Made by a program: the position numbers and the translations under genes. Source: a virus. From it: a stretch of DNA of 64,000 nucleotides. The stretch spans positions 23,154 through 87,153 of the IMG/VR virus record IMGVR_UViG_2791355197_000001. One strand, written 5' to 3'. Under the pieces are notes generated by a model that saw nothing but the letters and a program-made list of their open reading frames with translations, was not told where the DNA came from and did not search any database. Shown piece by piece: positions 43,675 through 52,786 of the stretch. Every line of letters begins with the position of its first letter. Within the stretch, counting starts at the first letter, position 1.

Positions 43675-46088
43675 CAGGCCTCCCGCGACGCCATGAGCGC
43701 GACAGCAACCGGTCTGACCCAAATAGGGGTGCTCCCCATCATGAATGTTTGGCCTGACCAAGCGGCGAGCAGCGTGGTGCCGCAGACGTCAGCGATTGCC
43801 TGCGCCGCGGGTGGTGGGACCATGTTGCCGATGCGCTCGCGCCACGCGGAGTCTGAGGCACCATCGAGCACCAGCAGATTGTTCATGCGCTCGACGCGCG
43901 CGGCCCATTCCGGGTCGAGCGGATCGAGCGACAGCACAGACCGCTCCTCTTCATTATCGAGGTCGACGAGGCCCTGCAGCGCAGCGAGCTCGAGCGTCGT
44001 GAACGGCCGGTGCCATGTCCCGTCCAAAGCACGGATGACACAGACCAATTTGTCACTGGCAGCCGGAAGCTTGTCCCAAGGTGCGGGGTCGGACGCAGGC
44101 CCCTCGCCGGTCTCCCGTGGGTCTGCAACAGACCACGGGCCGTTGTTGTTCTTTGCGTGCGCCGGCACCGCGCCGCTGTGCTCATCCCACGGCACAACGC
44201 CGTAGTGGCCGCCCGTAAGGTACGCATCGCGGCTGGTATCCGACAGCGCCTCGGGTCGCGGATCTGCCACCGCAAAGGCACCGTTGGTCGGGTGCGTCTC
44301 GCCGGCAACGACGCCAGCGTTCTCGTCCCATCCTTTCACGCCGAGCGCGGAATTGCGCGCGCCTTCGATCAGCCTCGGGTCTGCAACCGAAAGCGCGCCG
44401 CCTGCCGGATGCGTCGAGGACGTCACGGTGCCCCCATGCTGCTCCCAGCCTGTGACCTTCAGCACATGGTGGTGAGTGCTGGCGCCAAAGCCCGGCCGCG
44501 GATCCGCAACGGCGCCGGCGCCCGAGGCTACCTGTTGGGAGCCGGTCACGGGCCGAGCATGCTCGTTCCAGCCCGTCACGCGCTCCTTCGAACTCGACGC
44601 GCCCGGATGCCAGTTGAGGTGACGCGGGTCGGCAACGGCGAAGGCGCCGTTCCCCGTGGTCGAGGCGCCGATGACAGCGCCCGTCGCCTCATCGAACCCG
44701 GTGACGCGGTACTTGGTCTGCTTGTAGTCATCGCGCTGCGCCGGACGCGGATCGGCGACGGCCAAGCCACCTCCAGCACCACCAGGTCCGGCGACCGCCG
44801 GCGACGTCTCCGGCCATGACACAATACGGAACGCGGAGTTGAAGACCTTTCGCTCCAGCCGAGGGTCTGCGACGGCATAGCGGCCGGTCCCGACTGAGAC
44901 GTCCCCCTTCACGACCGACGACGGTTGGTCCCAGTGCCCGACGCCCAGTTGCACGCTCTTCTCGTGACCGTCGACGCGCGGATCAGCCACCGATTGAGCG
45001 CTTGATCCCGGGCTCCGTTGGGTGGTGACAGCCGCCGCGGTGCCCTTCCAGTCGTTCACCCTCAGACCGTGGAAATCCTGGGCACGGATCTCGCGCGGGT
45101 CGGCGACGCTGAATGCGCCTGTCGTCGGGTTCGCCCGCCCCGTCACGGTGCCAGAGGTCTCGTCCCAGCGCCGAACACCGAGGACTCCCCGGTGCCACTC
45201 CTCATCCGGAACAATGCCGAAGTCGCGAAGATGGCCGTCCTGCACCGCAAGGTCATTCAGCGAACGCCAGTCCGCGCCGGCGCGAACGAACGCAAGCCGC
45301 ACCCACGTCTTCCATTGCAGCGACGGCATCCGGTGCATTGGACCGCCTAGACCCGCGATGATGCCCGGGATCGGCAGTTTCTCGAGGATCTCGCCGACCC
45401 CGCGCAGCGGATGCTTGACCGGCTCGTAAAGGAACGTCGGGATCTTGGCGACATGGCGCGCGACTAACAGAAAGCGCTTACGGCTCTGCCCGAGGTGCCC
45501 GATCTCGCCGCAGTCATGGGTCGTTTCCGCGACGGCGTAGCCGTATGATCGAAACAGCGCGATGATCTGGTCGAGGAGATGCCTGCCGCGCGTTGCGATG
45601 CGCGGCACGTTCTCAAAGACGTACAGTTCGACGGGATCGTCCTTGTGCGCCTCGAGAGTCAGCCAGACGCCGCGAAGCGTCAGCCCATTCAGCGCCTGGT
45701 ACTTCCGCGTGCCCGACATTTTCTCGGACAAGAGGCCTGAGAAGCCTTTGCAGGGGGCGGACAGGAAGACGATGTGCGGATGCTGATTGCCGGCGGCTCG
45801 ACGAATATCGTCTGGACCGCGCTCAACCCAGCCCGGGGGCGGCTCGTGCCCGTGGAAATCGCGATACTGCTCGCGCGAAAACAGATCCATGCACGATGCT
45901 TGAGCACCAGTCAGGTTCTCGAAGTCACGGCACGCCGCGGGGTCGCTGTCGATGCCGCCGATGCAGCGGAAGCGCGCGAAGAGGTTGCCGACTTTCGCAC
46001 GCCCCTTGTTGAAGCCCTTGGCACCGCCGCCAAGCCCGCAGAAAAGATGAAGGTGATTGATATCGACCTGGAGTGGCTGAATCTGCAT
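43674..46088 (-). CDS. DNA cytosine-5 methyltransferase with repeated variable region
   Basis: HLFCGLGGG (I), SAPCKG (IV), FENVPRI (VI), QSRKR (VIII), ERIGNMVPP (X); nine VADPR repeats. Confidence 0.92.
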   Translation of the reverse strand: MQIQPLQVDINHLHLFCGLGGGAKGFNKGRAKVGNLFARFRCIGGIDSDPAACRDFENLTGAQASCMDLFSREQYRDFHGHEPPPGWVERGPDDIRRAAGNQHPHIVFLSAPCKGFSGLLSEKMSGTRKYQALNGLTLRGVWLTLEAHKDDPVELYVFENVPRIATRGRHLLDQIIALFRSYGYAVAETTHDCGEIGHLGQSRKRFLLVARHVAKIPTFLYEPVKHPLRGVGEILEKLPIPGIIAGLGGPMHRMPSLQWKTWVRLAFVRAGADWRSLNDLAVQDGHLRDFGIVPDEEWHRGVLGVRRWDETSGTVTGRANPTTGAFSVADPREIRAQDFHGLRVNDWKGTAAAVTTQRSPGSSAQSVADPRVDGHEKSVQLGVGHWDQPSSVVKGDVSVGTGRYAVADPRLERKVFNSAFRIVSWPETSPAVAGPGGAGGGLAVADPRPAQRDDYKQTKYRVTGFDEATGAVIGASTTGNGAFAVADPRHLNWHPGASSSKERVTGWNEHARPVTGSQQVASGAGAVADPRPGFGASTHHHVLKVTGWEQHGGTVTSSTHPAGGALSVADPRLIEGARNSALGVKGWDENAGVVAGETHPTNGAFAVADPRPEALSDTSRDAYLTGGHYGVVPWDEHSGAVPAHAKNNNGPWSVADPRETGEGPASDPAPWDKLPAASDKLVCVIRALDGTWHRPFTTLELAALQGLVDLDNEEERSVLSLDPLDPEWAARVERMNNLLVLDGASDSAWRERIGNMVPPPAAQAIADVCGTTLLAAWSGQTFMMGSTPIWVRPVAVALMASREA

Positions 46089-46297
46089 CAGGCCAGCGCC
46101 TCCGCGATATCCTGGGCGAGTTCGGCGAGCGAAACGACCTTGGACTGCGGCATGCTGGGCACCTTCACGCCTGTCTCCAGCGCGATGGTCTCTGACATGC
46201 CAACGTACTGGACGCCGTGATAATCCGAGGTCCGGACCCCGTGCCTCCGCAGAATGCCGGGAAGCACGGTCTCGATCTTCTTTGCATCGATCCGCAT
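46088..46297 (-). CDS. Small hypothetical protein
   Basis: 69 aa, coupled on both sides. Confidence 0.6.
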   Translation of the reverse strand: MRIDAKKIETVLPGILRRHGVRTSDYHGVQYVGMSETIALETGVKVPSMPQSKVVSLAELAQDIAEALA

Positions 46298-46300
46298 GTC

Positions 46301-47431
46301 CTACACCCTCATCGGCATGAGGACGTAGAGCGAGTCCGCGTCGCTGCCCTTGAACAGCGTCGGCGAGCCCGGATCGGCGAGGTTGATTTCGAGCGTGTCA
46401 CCCTGCACCTGGGCAACAACTTCGTGCAGGTACCGGCTATTGAAACCGATCTCCATGCTGTCCGAAGCATACTCGGCATCGAGTTCGTCGACCGCGTTGC
46501 CGGCGTCCGGATTGCTGACCGTTAGTGTCACCTTCCCGCCAGCGAGAGACACCTTCACGGCGCGCCCGCGCTCGCTGGAGATCGTCGCGACCCGGTCTGC
46601 CGCGGCCGAGAACTCGCTGCGCGGCACCTTCAGAACGCGATCGTTGTTCTGTGGAATGACGCGATCGTAGTCCGGAAAGGTCCCGTCGATCAGCTTCGAA
46701 GTCAGAGTGAGATCACCTGCGGTGAAGCGAATCTTGCCCTGGCTGAGCTCGATCTGGACTTCCTGGTCGGCGCCGCCGAATAGTTTGCCCACCTCGGCGA
46801 CCGTCTTCCGGGGGACGATAATGCCCGGCATTCCCGTGGCTCCCTCGGGCAAATCGAGATCGAAGCGCGCCAAGCGGTGACCATCGGTTGCTACCCCCCG
46901 CAGCGTGTTCCGGTTGCCCTCGCGCCGAGTGTGCAAGTAGATGCCGTTGAGGTAGTACCGGGTCTCTTCCGTGGAGATTGCAAACTCGACCCGCTGGATC
47001 AATCGGTGGAGATCGGTCCCCTTCACCGAAAATGAATGCGTCAGGTCACCGGCCTTGACGTCGGGGAAGTCGGAAGGCGGTAGCGTCTGCAGCGTCGAAC
47101 GAAACCGTCCCGCCCTCACAGTCACGATGTTCTTCGCATCATCCTGTTCCAACGTGATCTGAGATCCCGCCGGCACCTTGCGCACGATCTCATTGAGCAG
47201 ACCGGCGGGCACAGTGGTCGCTCCCTTCGCTGCGACCTGGGCCGGCACCCTATCGATCACCTCAAGGTCCAGATCGGTCGCCTTCAGCAGGACGGCATCC
47301 TGCTCGACTTCAATCAGCACGTTGCTCAGGATCGGAATGGTGTTGCGCCTCTCCACAACACGCGTGACCTTGGCCAATACTTTGACGAGCGCGGCTTGCT
47401 CGACGACGGCCTTGAAGGATGTCTGGGTCAA
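46301..47431 (-). CDS. dnaN: DNA polymerase III beta sliding clamp (phage-encoded)
   Basis: RRNTIPILSNVL, ATDLDLE, STEETRYYLNG, VATDGHRLA, SKLIDGTFPDY, VLMPMRV; TTG start at 47431 with GGAG RBS. Confidence 0.93.
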   Translation of the reverse strand: MTQTSFKAVVEQAALVKVLAKVTRVVERRNTIPILSNVLIEVEQDAVLLKATDLDLEVIDRVPAQVAAKGATTVPAGLLNEIVRKVPAGSQITLEQDDAKNIVTVRAGRFRSTLQTLPPSDFPDVKAGDLTHSFSVKGTDLHRLIQRVEFAISTEETRYYLNGIYLHTRREGNRNTLRGVATDGHRLARFDLDLPEGATGMPGIIVPRKTVAEVGKLFGGADQEVQIELSQGKIRFTAGDLTLTSKLIDGTFPDYDRVIPQNNDRVLKVPRSEFSAAADRVATISSERGRAVKVSLAGGKVTLTVSNPDAGNAVDELDAEYASDSMEIGFNSRYLHEVVAQVQGDTLEINLADPGSPTLFKGSDADSLYVLMPMRV

Positions 47432-48000
47432 AATGGAGTCTCCTTTCGGATTGGGGTGAGTGTCGGTTCGAAGAGATCGCCACGCGGAGCTGCGAAGCGC
47501 GGGTCGAGGTGGCCGCGTAGCCACCAGGCCACGCCGAGACTCTCGGCGGCGTCGAGTGAGGTGATCGACCTGTCGATCAATTGGGCGAAGCCGAGCGACG
47601 TGTCCTTGCTCGCGCGGCCGCTCCCGGTGAATGCCTTTCGCCAGGTGCCCTGGTTGACGTAGATGAACGGGACGTCGTGCGCGGCGCAGACTTCCTCGGC
47701 AATGGCGCACAGCCCATAGATGCGCTGGAATGTCTTCATCGGCGGGCGGGTTGGCTCCGGCTCCGGGTTTTCCTCTGTCGGCTTACCCTTGAGCTCGATG
47801 TCGGTCCGCAGCGGCTCTTCCGCGGCGACGTGCCGGACCTGGTTGTCCTTGATGATCTGGTAGAGCGTCTTCCGGAAATGCCGGAAGACGTAGCCGGACG
47901 TCTTGCCCTCCCAATGAAAGGCCCGGGCCCAGACATAGCGATCACCGTCGAGCAGCGTGATGCCCGTTGTCGTCGCGATATCTAAGCCCAGGATCTTCAT
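47428..48000 (-). CDS. RuvC-like Holliday junction resolvase
   Basis: KILGLDIATTTG, AAEE, WRKAFTG, DAAESLGVA. Confidence 0.8.
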   Translation of the reverse strand: MKILGLDIATTTGITLLDGDRYVWARAFHWEGKTSGYVFRHFRKTLYQIIKDNQVRHVAAEEPLRTDIELKGKPTEENPEPEPTRPPMKTFQRIYGLCAIAEEVCAAHDVPFIYVNQGTWRKAFTGSGRASKDTSLGFAQLIDRSITSLDAAESLGVAWWLRGHLDPRFAAPRGDLFEPTLTPIRKETPF

Positions 48001-48005
48001 CACGA

Positions 48006-48194
48006 TCAGGCGGCCTCGATCGCCGGCTCGTCGAACCAGGCTTCAACCTGTCGGCCGTCGCCGGCGCGGTACCGGACCTGATAACTATTGCAGTGGCTCT
48101 CGAATTCGGCCCGGCCGATGACGGTGCCCTGCTCGTTGCTCTCGACCATCTTCACGGTCGACTTCATTTCGTACAGAAACGGCTTGTTCTTCAC
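48006..48194 (-). CDS. Small hypothetical protein
   Basis: GTVIGRAEF...YQVRYRAGDGR...WFDE. Confidence 0.65.
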   Translation of the reverse strand: MKNKPFLYEMKSTVKMVESNEQGTVIGRAEFESHCNSYQVRYRAGDGRQVEAWFDEPAIEAA

Positions 48195-48239
48195 GTTCAG
48201 TCCTCTTTGTTGCCTGCAGCGGAATTGCCGCGGGTCGTG

Positions 48240-48800
48240 TTAGGCCTTGCCCTCTTCGTCATTGCCGCCGTCGGACTTCTCGCCTTCCGTCGCCGGCGTC
48301 GGCATTGACAGGACGTGGTCCCGCTCCGATCGCGCATCGCGGAAGGCGGAAAGCCATGCCTGCCCCTTGAGCGAGCCGATTTCGTACGGGTTGTCGGTTT
48401 CCTTCGAGCCCGGCTCGCTATCGAGACGGAAGCCAGCGGCGCGGCCCTCGAGCTTCGCCCTCTCGTCCTCGGGCGTCGGACCCACGCCGGCCATGCCGAA
48501 CAGTTCGAACTGCCGCGGGCTCAACACCTTGCCGAGATACCCGACATAGACGCCCGCCTTACTGACCTTCTCGCAGAAGGCGTCGATGGCCTCGTCACCG
48601 CCAGCAACGAGCTCAAGCGCGAGCTTGGCCGCTTCGTTGTGCAGACCCTGCGCCTGGGTCTGGGCATAGGTCCCGCGCAGCTTGTTCTTCGCGGTGTTGT
48701 TGACCTCGTTCTGCGCGGCAGCTTCGGCCTGCGCGTTCCGAATGCGTGAGAGGTTCGCGGAATCGAGGGCCGCTTGTGCAGGTTCGTTGGGCTTCGACAT
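48240..48800 (-). CDS. Hypothetical protein, GapR/DUF2312-like N-terminus and NPY...W C-terminal motif
   Basis: Helical N-terminal half ending QFELF; EGRAAG...NPYEIGSLKGQAW. Confidence 0.45.
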   Translation of the reverse strand: MSKPNEPAQAALDSANLSRIRNAQAEAAAQNEVNNTAKNKLRGTYAQTQAQGLHNEAAKLALELVAGGDEAIDAFCEKVSKAGVYVGYLGKVLSPRQFELFGMAGVGPTPEDERAKLEGRAAGFRLDSEPGSKETDNPYEIGSLKGQAWLSAFRDARSERDHVLSMPTPATEGEKSDGGNDEEGKA

Positions 48801-48817
48801 TGGGATTCCTTCTGCTG

Positions 48818-49699
48818 TCAGTGAGTGATGAACGCGATGGGACGTTTCGATTGCCAGCAGAGGCCGCACGTCGCGCAGGCCTCGGTCCGGCCGAGTTGCT
48901 GTGGGCAAACGATCGCTTCCGCTGGCGCCTGCAGCGGCGTCTCGACCGACACCGTCGAGCACTCGTCAATCGGCGCGTCAGAGAAGCGGATGGCGAAGCG
49001 GTCCCAGTTCGCCAGCACCAGACGCACCAGCGCCGCGGCGATAGGGTCGCGCTTGGCGTCCCAGCGCGCCGAGAACTCGAAGACATGCAACTGCGGCACG
49101 TCGGCGAGCAGCTGCTGCCACAGCGTGACATACGGGACCGAGTAGAAATCGCCCAGGACATGCAGCCGCACGACGAAGCCGCGACGATGCCTCCGGCCGA
49201 GCGCGCGCACCTCCTGCGCCAGCCGAGCTTCGAGCGCGGCGCCGCGGGCCAGCCGGTGCGCGTGCTGCATCGAGTTGCCGTAGCAGGAACGCCAATGCCG
49301 GCAGGACTGCGGGCACGTCGCGCGCTCCTCGAGCGTCAGGGTGTAGATCGGGAAGCACCTCCACCGCCCCTTGGTGACGGCTTTGCCGATTTTCGAACTG
49401 TTGAACCCGCTCTTGAGAACGTCGTGTCTGTATGACTGCGGGTCGACCACGGTCGAGCGATAGACCGTACGACCCTCAACAATCGCCGGGGTGTCGAATG
49501 CCGGGATCTTCGCCGGCCGGCCGGCGAGGGACAGCGCGGACTGCCGCGAATGGTTGGTGGGTTTGACCCCGACCTTCCCCTTGATGATGAGGCGGAGATA
49601 CGCGAGCGAGCCGCCGACGTGCGCCTTGATTTGCGGAACTGTCAGGCTCTGCGCGTGCAGCGCTCTCACCTGTTCATGGTTGATCGTGCGCGCCCTCAT
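48818..49699 (-). CDS. Gene-product-88-like protein
   Basis: TLTLEERATCPQSCRHWRSCYG, VRLHVLGDF, CPQQ...CATCGLCW. Confidence 0.7.
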   Translation of the reverse strand: MRARTINHEQVRALHAQSLTVPQIKAHVGGSLAYLRLIIKGKVGVKPTNHSRQSALSLAGRPAKIPAFDTPAIVEGRTVYRSTVVDPQSYRHDVLKSGFNSSKIGKAVTKGRWRCFPIYTLTLEERATCPQSCRHWRSCYGNSMQHAHRLARGAALEARLAQEVRALGRRHRRGFVVRLHVLGDFYSVPYVTLWQQLLADVPQLHVFEFSARWDAKRDPIAAALVRLVLANWDRFAIRFSDAPIDECSTVSVETPLQAPAEAIVCPQQLGRTEACATCGLCWQSKRPIAFITH

Positions 49700-50319
49700 G
49701 CCGCGACCTCGAGGAGGTCGAACAGCGGCGTCGGGGCAATTATCTTTTCCTTCTGCCGGCGCTCGGGCCGGCGCCCGTCGTCGTATTTGCCGACCTCATT
49801 TCCCCAAGGGACAAACCCTTCATGCGTCTCGCGCGAGAAAAGGTCACAGCGTGCCAGTCCAGGCGTACGCTCGCGGATCATTTCGTAGAATTCGCGCGGC
49901 TTCTGGCTATGACCGCGGGCCTTGCCCTTGATCACACCCCAGAATGGATCGTGGATTTGCTCACCGTTGCCGAAGACGCCGACCAACACGGACTCGTGCA
50001 TGCCGCGGGCACGGTATCCGGTACCGACCCGCCCCTTCGGCCAAACCAATTCGGTCTTGTAGAGCGCGCCCCAGCGCTTCAGCAGCCACATCGATTTGTC
50101 GAGGGTCGGCGGACAAGCCCAAAGGCCGACGACGCCATTGCTGCGGACCAGGTGGCCAACCGGCAATTGTCCGAGCTCGTCCCACGACAAGATGTCGTAC
50201 TGCGCGGACGCCGATTTCTTGTTGCCCCTCGACGAATACAGTTCGAATTCCGTCGGCGGATCCACGATGCAGATATCGAAGCCGAACATCGGCAGCGGGT
50301 CGAAGAAGAAGTCCTTCAT
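49696..50319 (-). CDS. MT-A70-family methyltransferase
   Basis: IVDPPT, GLWACPP, GTGY, HSQKPREFY, CDLFSRE...WGNE. Confidence 0.82.
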   Translation of the reverse strand: MKDFFFDPLPMFGFDICIVDPPTEFELYSSRGNKKSASAQYDILSWDELGQLPVGHLVRSNGVVGLWACPPTLDKSMWLLKRWGALYKTELVWPKGRVGTGYRARGMHESVLVGVFGNGEQIHDPFWGVIKGKARGHSQKPREFYEMIRERTPGLARCDLFSRETHEGFVPWGNEVGKYDDGRRPERRQKEKIIAPTPLFDLLEVAA

Positions 50320-50672
50320 GGTGCAGTCGGCTCCATGAAGTATGCGCGCAGAGCTTCCTCGGCCGCGGTGCGTTCCGATATCCGGTGCTGGCGGGCATAG
50401 GCCTTCAGCGCGCGGCGAACCTCGGGCAACGGGTGCACGACAAGGCCGTCTCCGACGCCTGGCTCTGGGAGGCTGAGCGTCCGTGCCTTCCCCGGCTCGC
50501 GCATAAGCGCACCGCGTTCCACGATGCTGTCGATCAAGTGCGAGATTGTGCCGCGGCCTCGGATGCCGAGATGGTCCGCAATCTCACGGTAAGACGGCGA
50601 GGCTCCACAGGCATCGATCCGGTGCCTTACAAACTCGACGCACTGCGCCTGGACGTTGGTCAGCCCAATCAT
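50316..50672 (-). CDS. LexA-type winged-HTH protein without a protease domain
   Basis: LTNVQAQCVEFV...SPSYREIADHLG...ERGALMREPGKARTL. Confidence 0.8.
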   Translation of the reverse strand: MIGLTNVQAQCVEFVRHRIDACGASPSYREIADHLGIRGRGTISHLIDSIVERGALMREPGKARTLSLPEPGVGDGLVVHPLPEVRRALKAYARQHRISERTAAEEALRAYFMEPTAP

Positions 50673-50908
50673 TCTGGGCCTCCAGCCGGCAGGGTCGGCT
50701 TGATCACCTCATCGGCGTAACGGGCGAAGACGTTGTAGGCCTTCTGGCGGCCGATCGACCCAATGAGATAGGCCGCGATGGCCTGAAGGTGTGCATCAAC
50801 CACCATGGCGGCGACGTCCTTCCCGCCGGCATGCTCGACCGTCATCAAGGACACGACGCATTCCTTGCGGGCGTACTCTTTCATGATGGTCGAGGCAGCG
50901 GGCTTCAT
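50669..50908 (-). CDS. Small hypothetical protein
   Basis: MKPAASTIMKEY..., coupled on both sides. Confidence 0.55.
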   Translation of the reverse strand: MKPAASTIMKEYARKECVVSLMTVEHAGGKDVAAMVVDAHLQAIAAYLIGSIGRQKAYNVFARYADEVIKPTLPAGGPE

Positions 50909-51498
50909 GATGCGGCCGCCCTCTTCGCGCGGTTCATCGCGGCCATGCGCTGCCCCAGGGCGACCCGCCGGGCGCGCTCCTCGGGCGTGATGCGGATCTC
51001 GCGATGACCAGCGCTCTGATAGGCCGCGCGGCAATGGGGACCGCAGTACGGCAGATCGGATATCGCCGGATCACCGCAAAAGAAGAAGTTGGGCGTGGTT
51101 GGATCACCGATCGGCCATCGGCAATCCCCGCGCTCGAGGTCGAGCAACCCTTTCCGGCGCTCGGCGGGAACGTTGCCATCGAAGGCACTGGCGTGGCCGG
51201 CCGGCGCCTCTTCCGCCGTCGCCAACGGGGCCATGATGTGTGGCGCGGCAAGGACTGCACGCAACACCTTGGTCCGCTGCGGCGTGGTCGACCCCAATCG
51301 CGGAGCTCGCTTCGCCGCGACCGCCTTCGCTTTCCGGTCATCTGCCCTGCCAGACAGCCCAAGCCTGTGGACCTTTCCGATCACGGCGTTGCGGGTGACA
51401 TCGCCGAGCTCAGCAGCAATCCGCGAGCATGATATGCCGGACGCCCAAAGCTTCTTGAGCCGTTCAACGCGATCTTCGGACCAGGTGGCGACAGCCAT
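50905..51498 (-). CDS. gcrA: GcrA-like cell-cycle regulator
   Basis: WSEDRVERLKKLWASG...VTRNAVIGKVHRLGL; CRWPIGDP...FFCG...YCGPH. Confidence 0.9.
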   Translation of the reverse strand: MAVATWSEDRVERLKKLWASGISCSRIAAELGDVTRNAVIGKVHRLGLSGRADDRKAKAVAAKRAPRLGSTTPQRTKVLRAVLAAPHIMAPLATAEEAPAGHASAFDGNVPAERRKGLLDLERGDCRWPIGDPTTPNFFFCGDPAISDLPYCGPHCRAAYQSAGHREIRITPEERARRVALGQRMAAMNRAKRAAAS

Positions 51499-51737
51499 CA
51501 GCGCGCCACCTTCCGCCGTTCTTCGCGGATCTTTGCAAAGGGCTTCTCGCAGCGACCATCCAGCCACTTCGAGACGTCGAACCACCAGCGCGCCCAACCA
51601 ATCAAACATTCGCCGCAGGATGCGCAGCGATTGCTAACGGCGACGGCCTGATCGGCCAAAAATGAAAACACGCAGGAGCTCGCTTCAACTTTGCGCCGCG
51701 AATTCGCGCGGCTCGTACTCAGACTGACCGCAGGCAA
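51498..51737 (-). CDS. Small hypothetical protein (start uncertain)
   Basis: Stop overlaps the gcrA start (TGATG). Confidence 0.4.
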   Translation of the reverse strand: MPAVSLSTSRANSRRKVEASSCVFSFLADQAVAVSNRCASCGECLIGWARWWFDVSKWLDGRCEKPFAKIREERRKVAR

Positions 51738-51738
51738 C

Positions 51739-52170
51739 TCAGCGCCGGCTCAACTCCATGTGGATCTGCCGCTCGTCAGCTTCGCGCCGCACGCGCTTCA
51801 CTTCCGCCTCCGCCTCGGCGAGACGGCGCTCGAGGATCTGACGTGTCAGCCAGCGTTCACGCGTTTCCTCCGGGATGTGTGCCCAGAGCGCGTCGATGCA
51901 CTCGAGGCCCTCGGGCCCGGCGCAGACATTGAGAAAGTGCTCGATGTCGATCACGCGGTTGCTTGCGGTCCAGTTGTCGACGGTGCCCATCGAGCACTTC
52001 GCGCGCGCTGCCATTGTCTTTCGGAAGCTGCCGCCGGTCATCGCGTTGCGACAAACCCGAATGATTTCAGCGGTGATCTTGGCGGCTCTTACGTTCGTAG
52101 AAATCGGTTTGTACGAACGTGGGAGGTGTCCGTTTGCATTGATCGAAGCGGCAAGCGATGCTGTTCCCAT
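51739..52170 (-). CDS. CII-position HTH regulator
   Basis: KTMAARAKCSMGTVDNW HTH; located downstream of cro. Confidence 0.6.
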   Translation of the reverse strand: MGTASLAASINANGHLPRSYKPISTNVRAAKITAEIIRVCRNAMTGGSFRKTMAARAKCSMGTVDNWTASNRVIDIEHFLNVCAGPEGLECIDALWAHIPEETRERWLTRQILERRLAEAEAEVKRVRREADERQIHMELSRR

Positions 52171-52510
52171 GATGAATGCTCCCTATTTTCACAAACAAAA
52201 TTCGAGCGTCGCCGTCGTGCAGACGCCTGACAAAGATGACGACTGGGCGCGCGCCGCCCTGGCCGGAACACGAATGCTGATTGCGGAAGAATGCTTCGAT
52301 GCGATGCTGCAGATGCTGATCGATGCCGGCCTCGTGCCGAGGAGCTGCGCCGCGGTCATGCTCGACCGCCTTTCTGAGCGGCTGCTACTCCACGCGTCAG
52401 GACGCACCGAAACGCACTGGGCGATCCGGATGCCCGAACTGATCGACCAGGCAACGAGGTTGTCGAGAAAGGCCGCGACGCTGAAGACGGTGATCGGCGG
52501 GGTGTCATGA
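52169..52510 (+). CDS. Counter-oriented hypothetical protein between cro and cII
   Basis: 113 aa helical-looking ORF occupying the cro-cII gap. Confidence 0.45.
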   Translation: MMNAPYFHKQNSSVAVVQTPDKDDDWARAALAGTRMLIAEECFDAMLQMLIDAGLVPRSCAAVMLDRLSERLLLHASGRTETHWAIRMPELIDQATRLSRKAATLKTVIGGVS

Positions 52511-52518
52511 CGGCGCCC

Positions 52519-52779
52519 TCACCGCGCCGCAGCGTCGGCGGGCGTCCGAGCCGCGACGTTCGCGGCATAGAGCTCTTCAGCGGTGACGTCGCAGAGCCCG
52601 CGGATCACGCCCCAATGGCGGTCGGGGATGCCGATCTTCGGCCACTTGTAGACGGCCTCGATCGTGACAGCCCCATCGGAGGCCTTCGCGATCTCCGCGG
52701 CGCCGCCGGCGTACTTGATGATTTCGGGAACCGTCTTGGGACGATCGGCGGCCGGGGTGTCTACGGAGGCATCTGTCAT
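52519..52779 (-). CDS. cro: Cro-like repressor
   Basis: EIIKYAGGAAEIAKAS...EAVYKW...GIPDRHW; divergent from cI. Confidence 0.8.
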   Translation of the reverse strand: MTDASVDTPAADRPKTVPEIIKYAGGAAEIAKASDGAVTIEAVYKWPKIGIPDRHWGVIRGLCDVTAEELYAANVAARTPADAAAR

Positions 52780-52786
52780 GGCCCCT

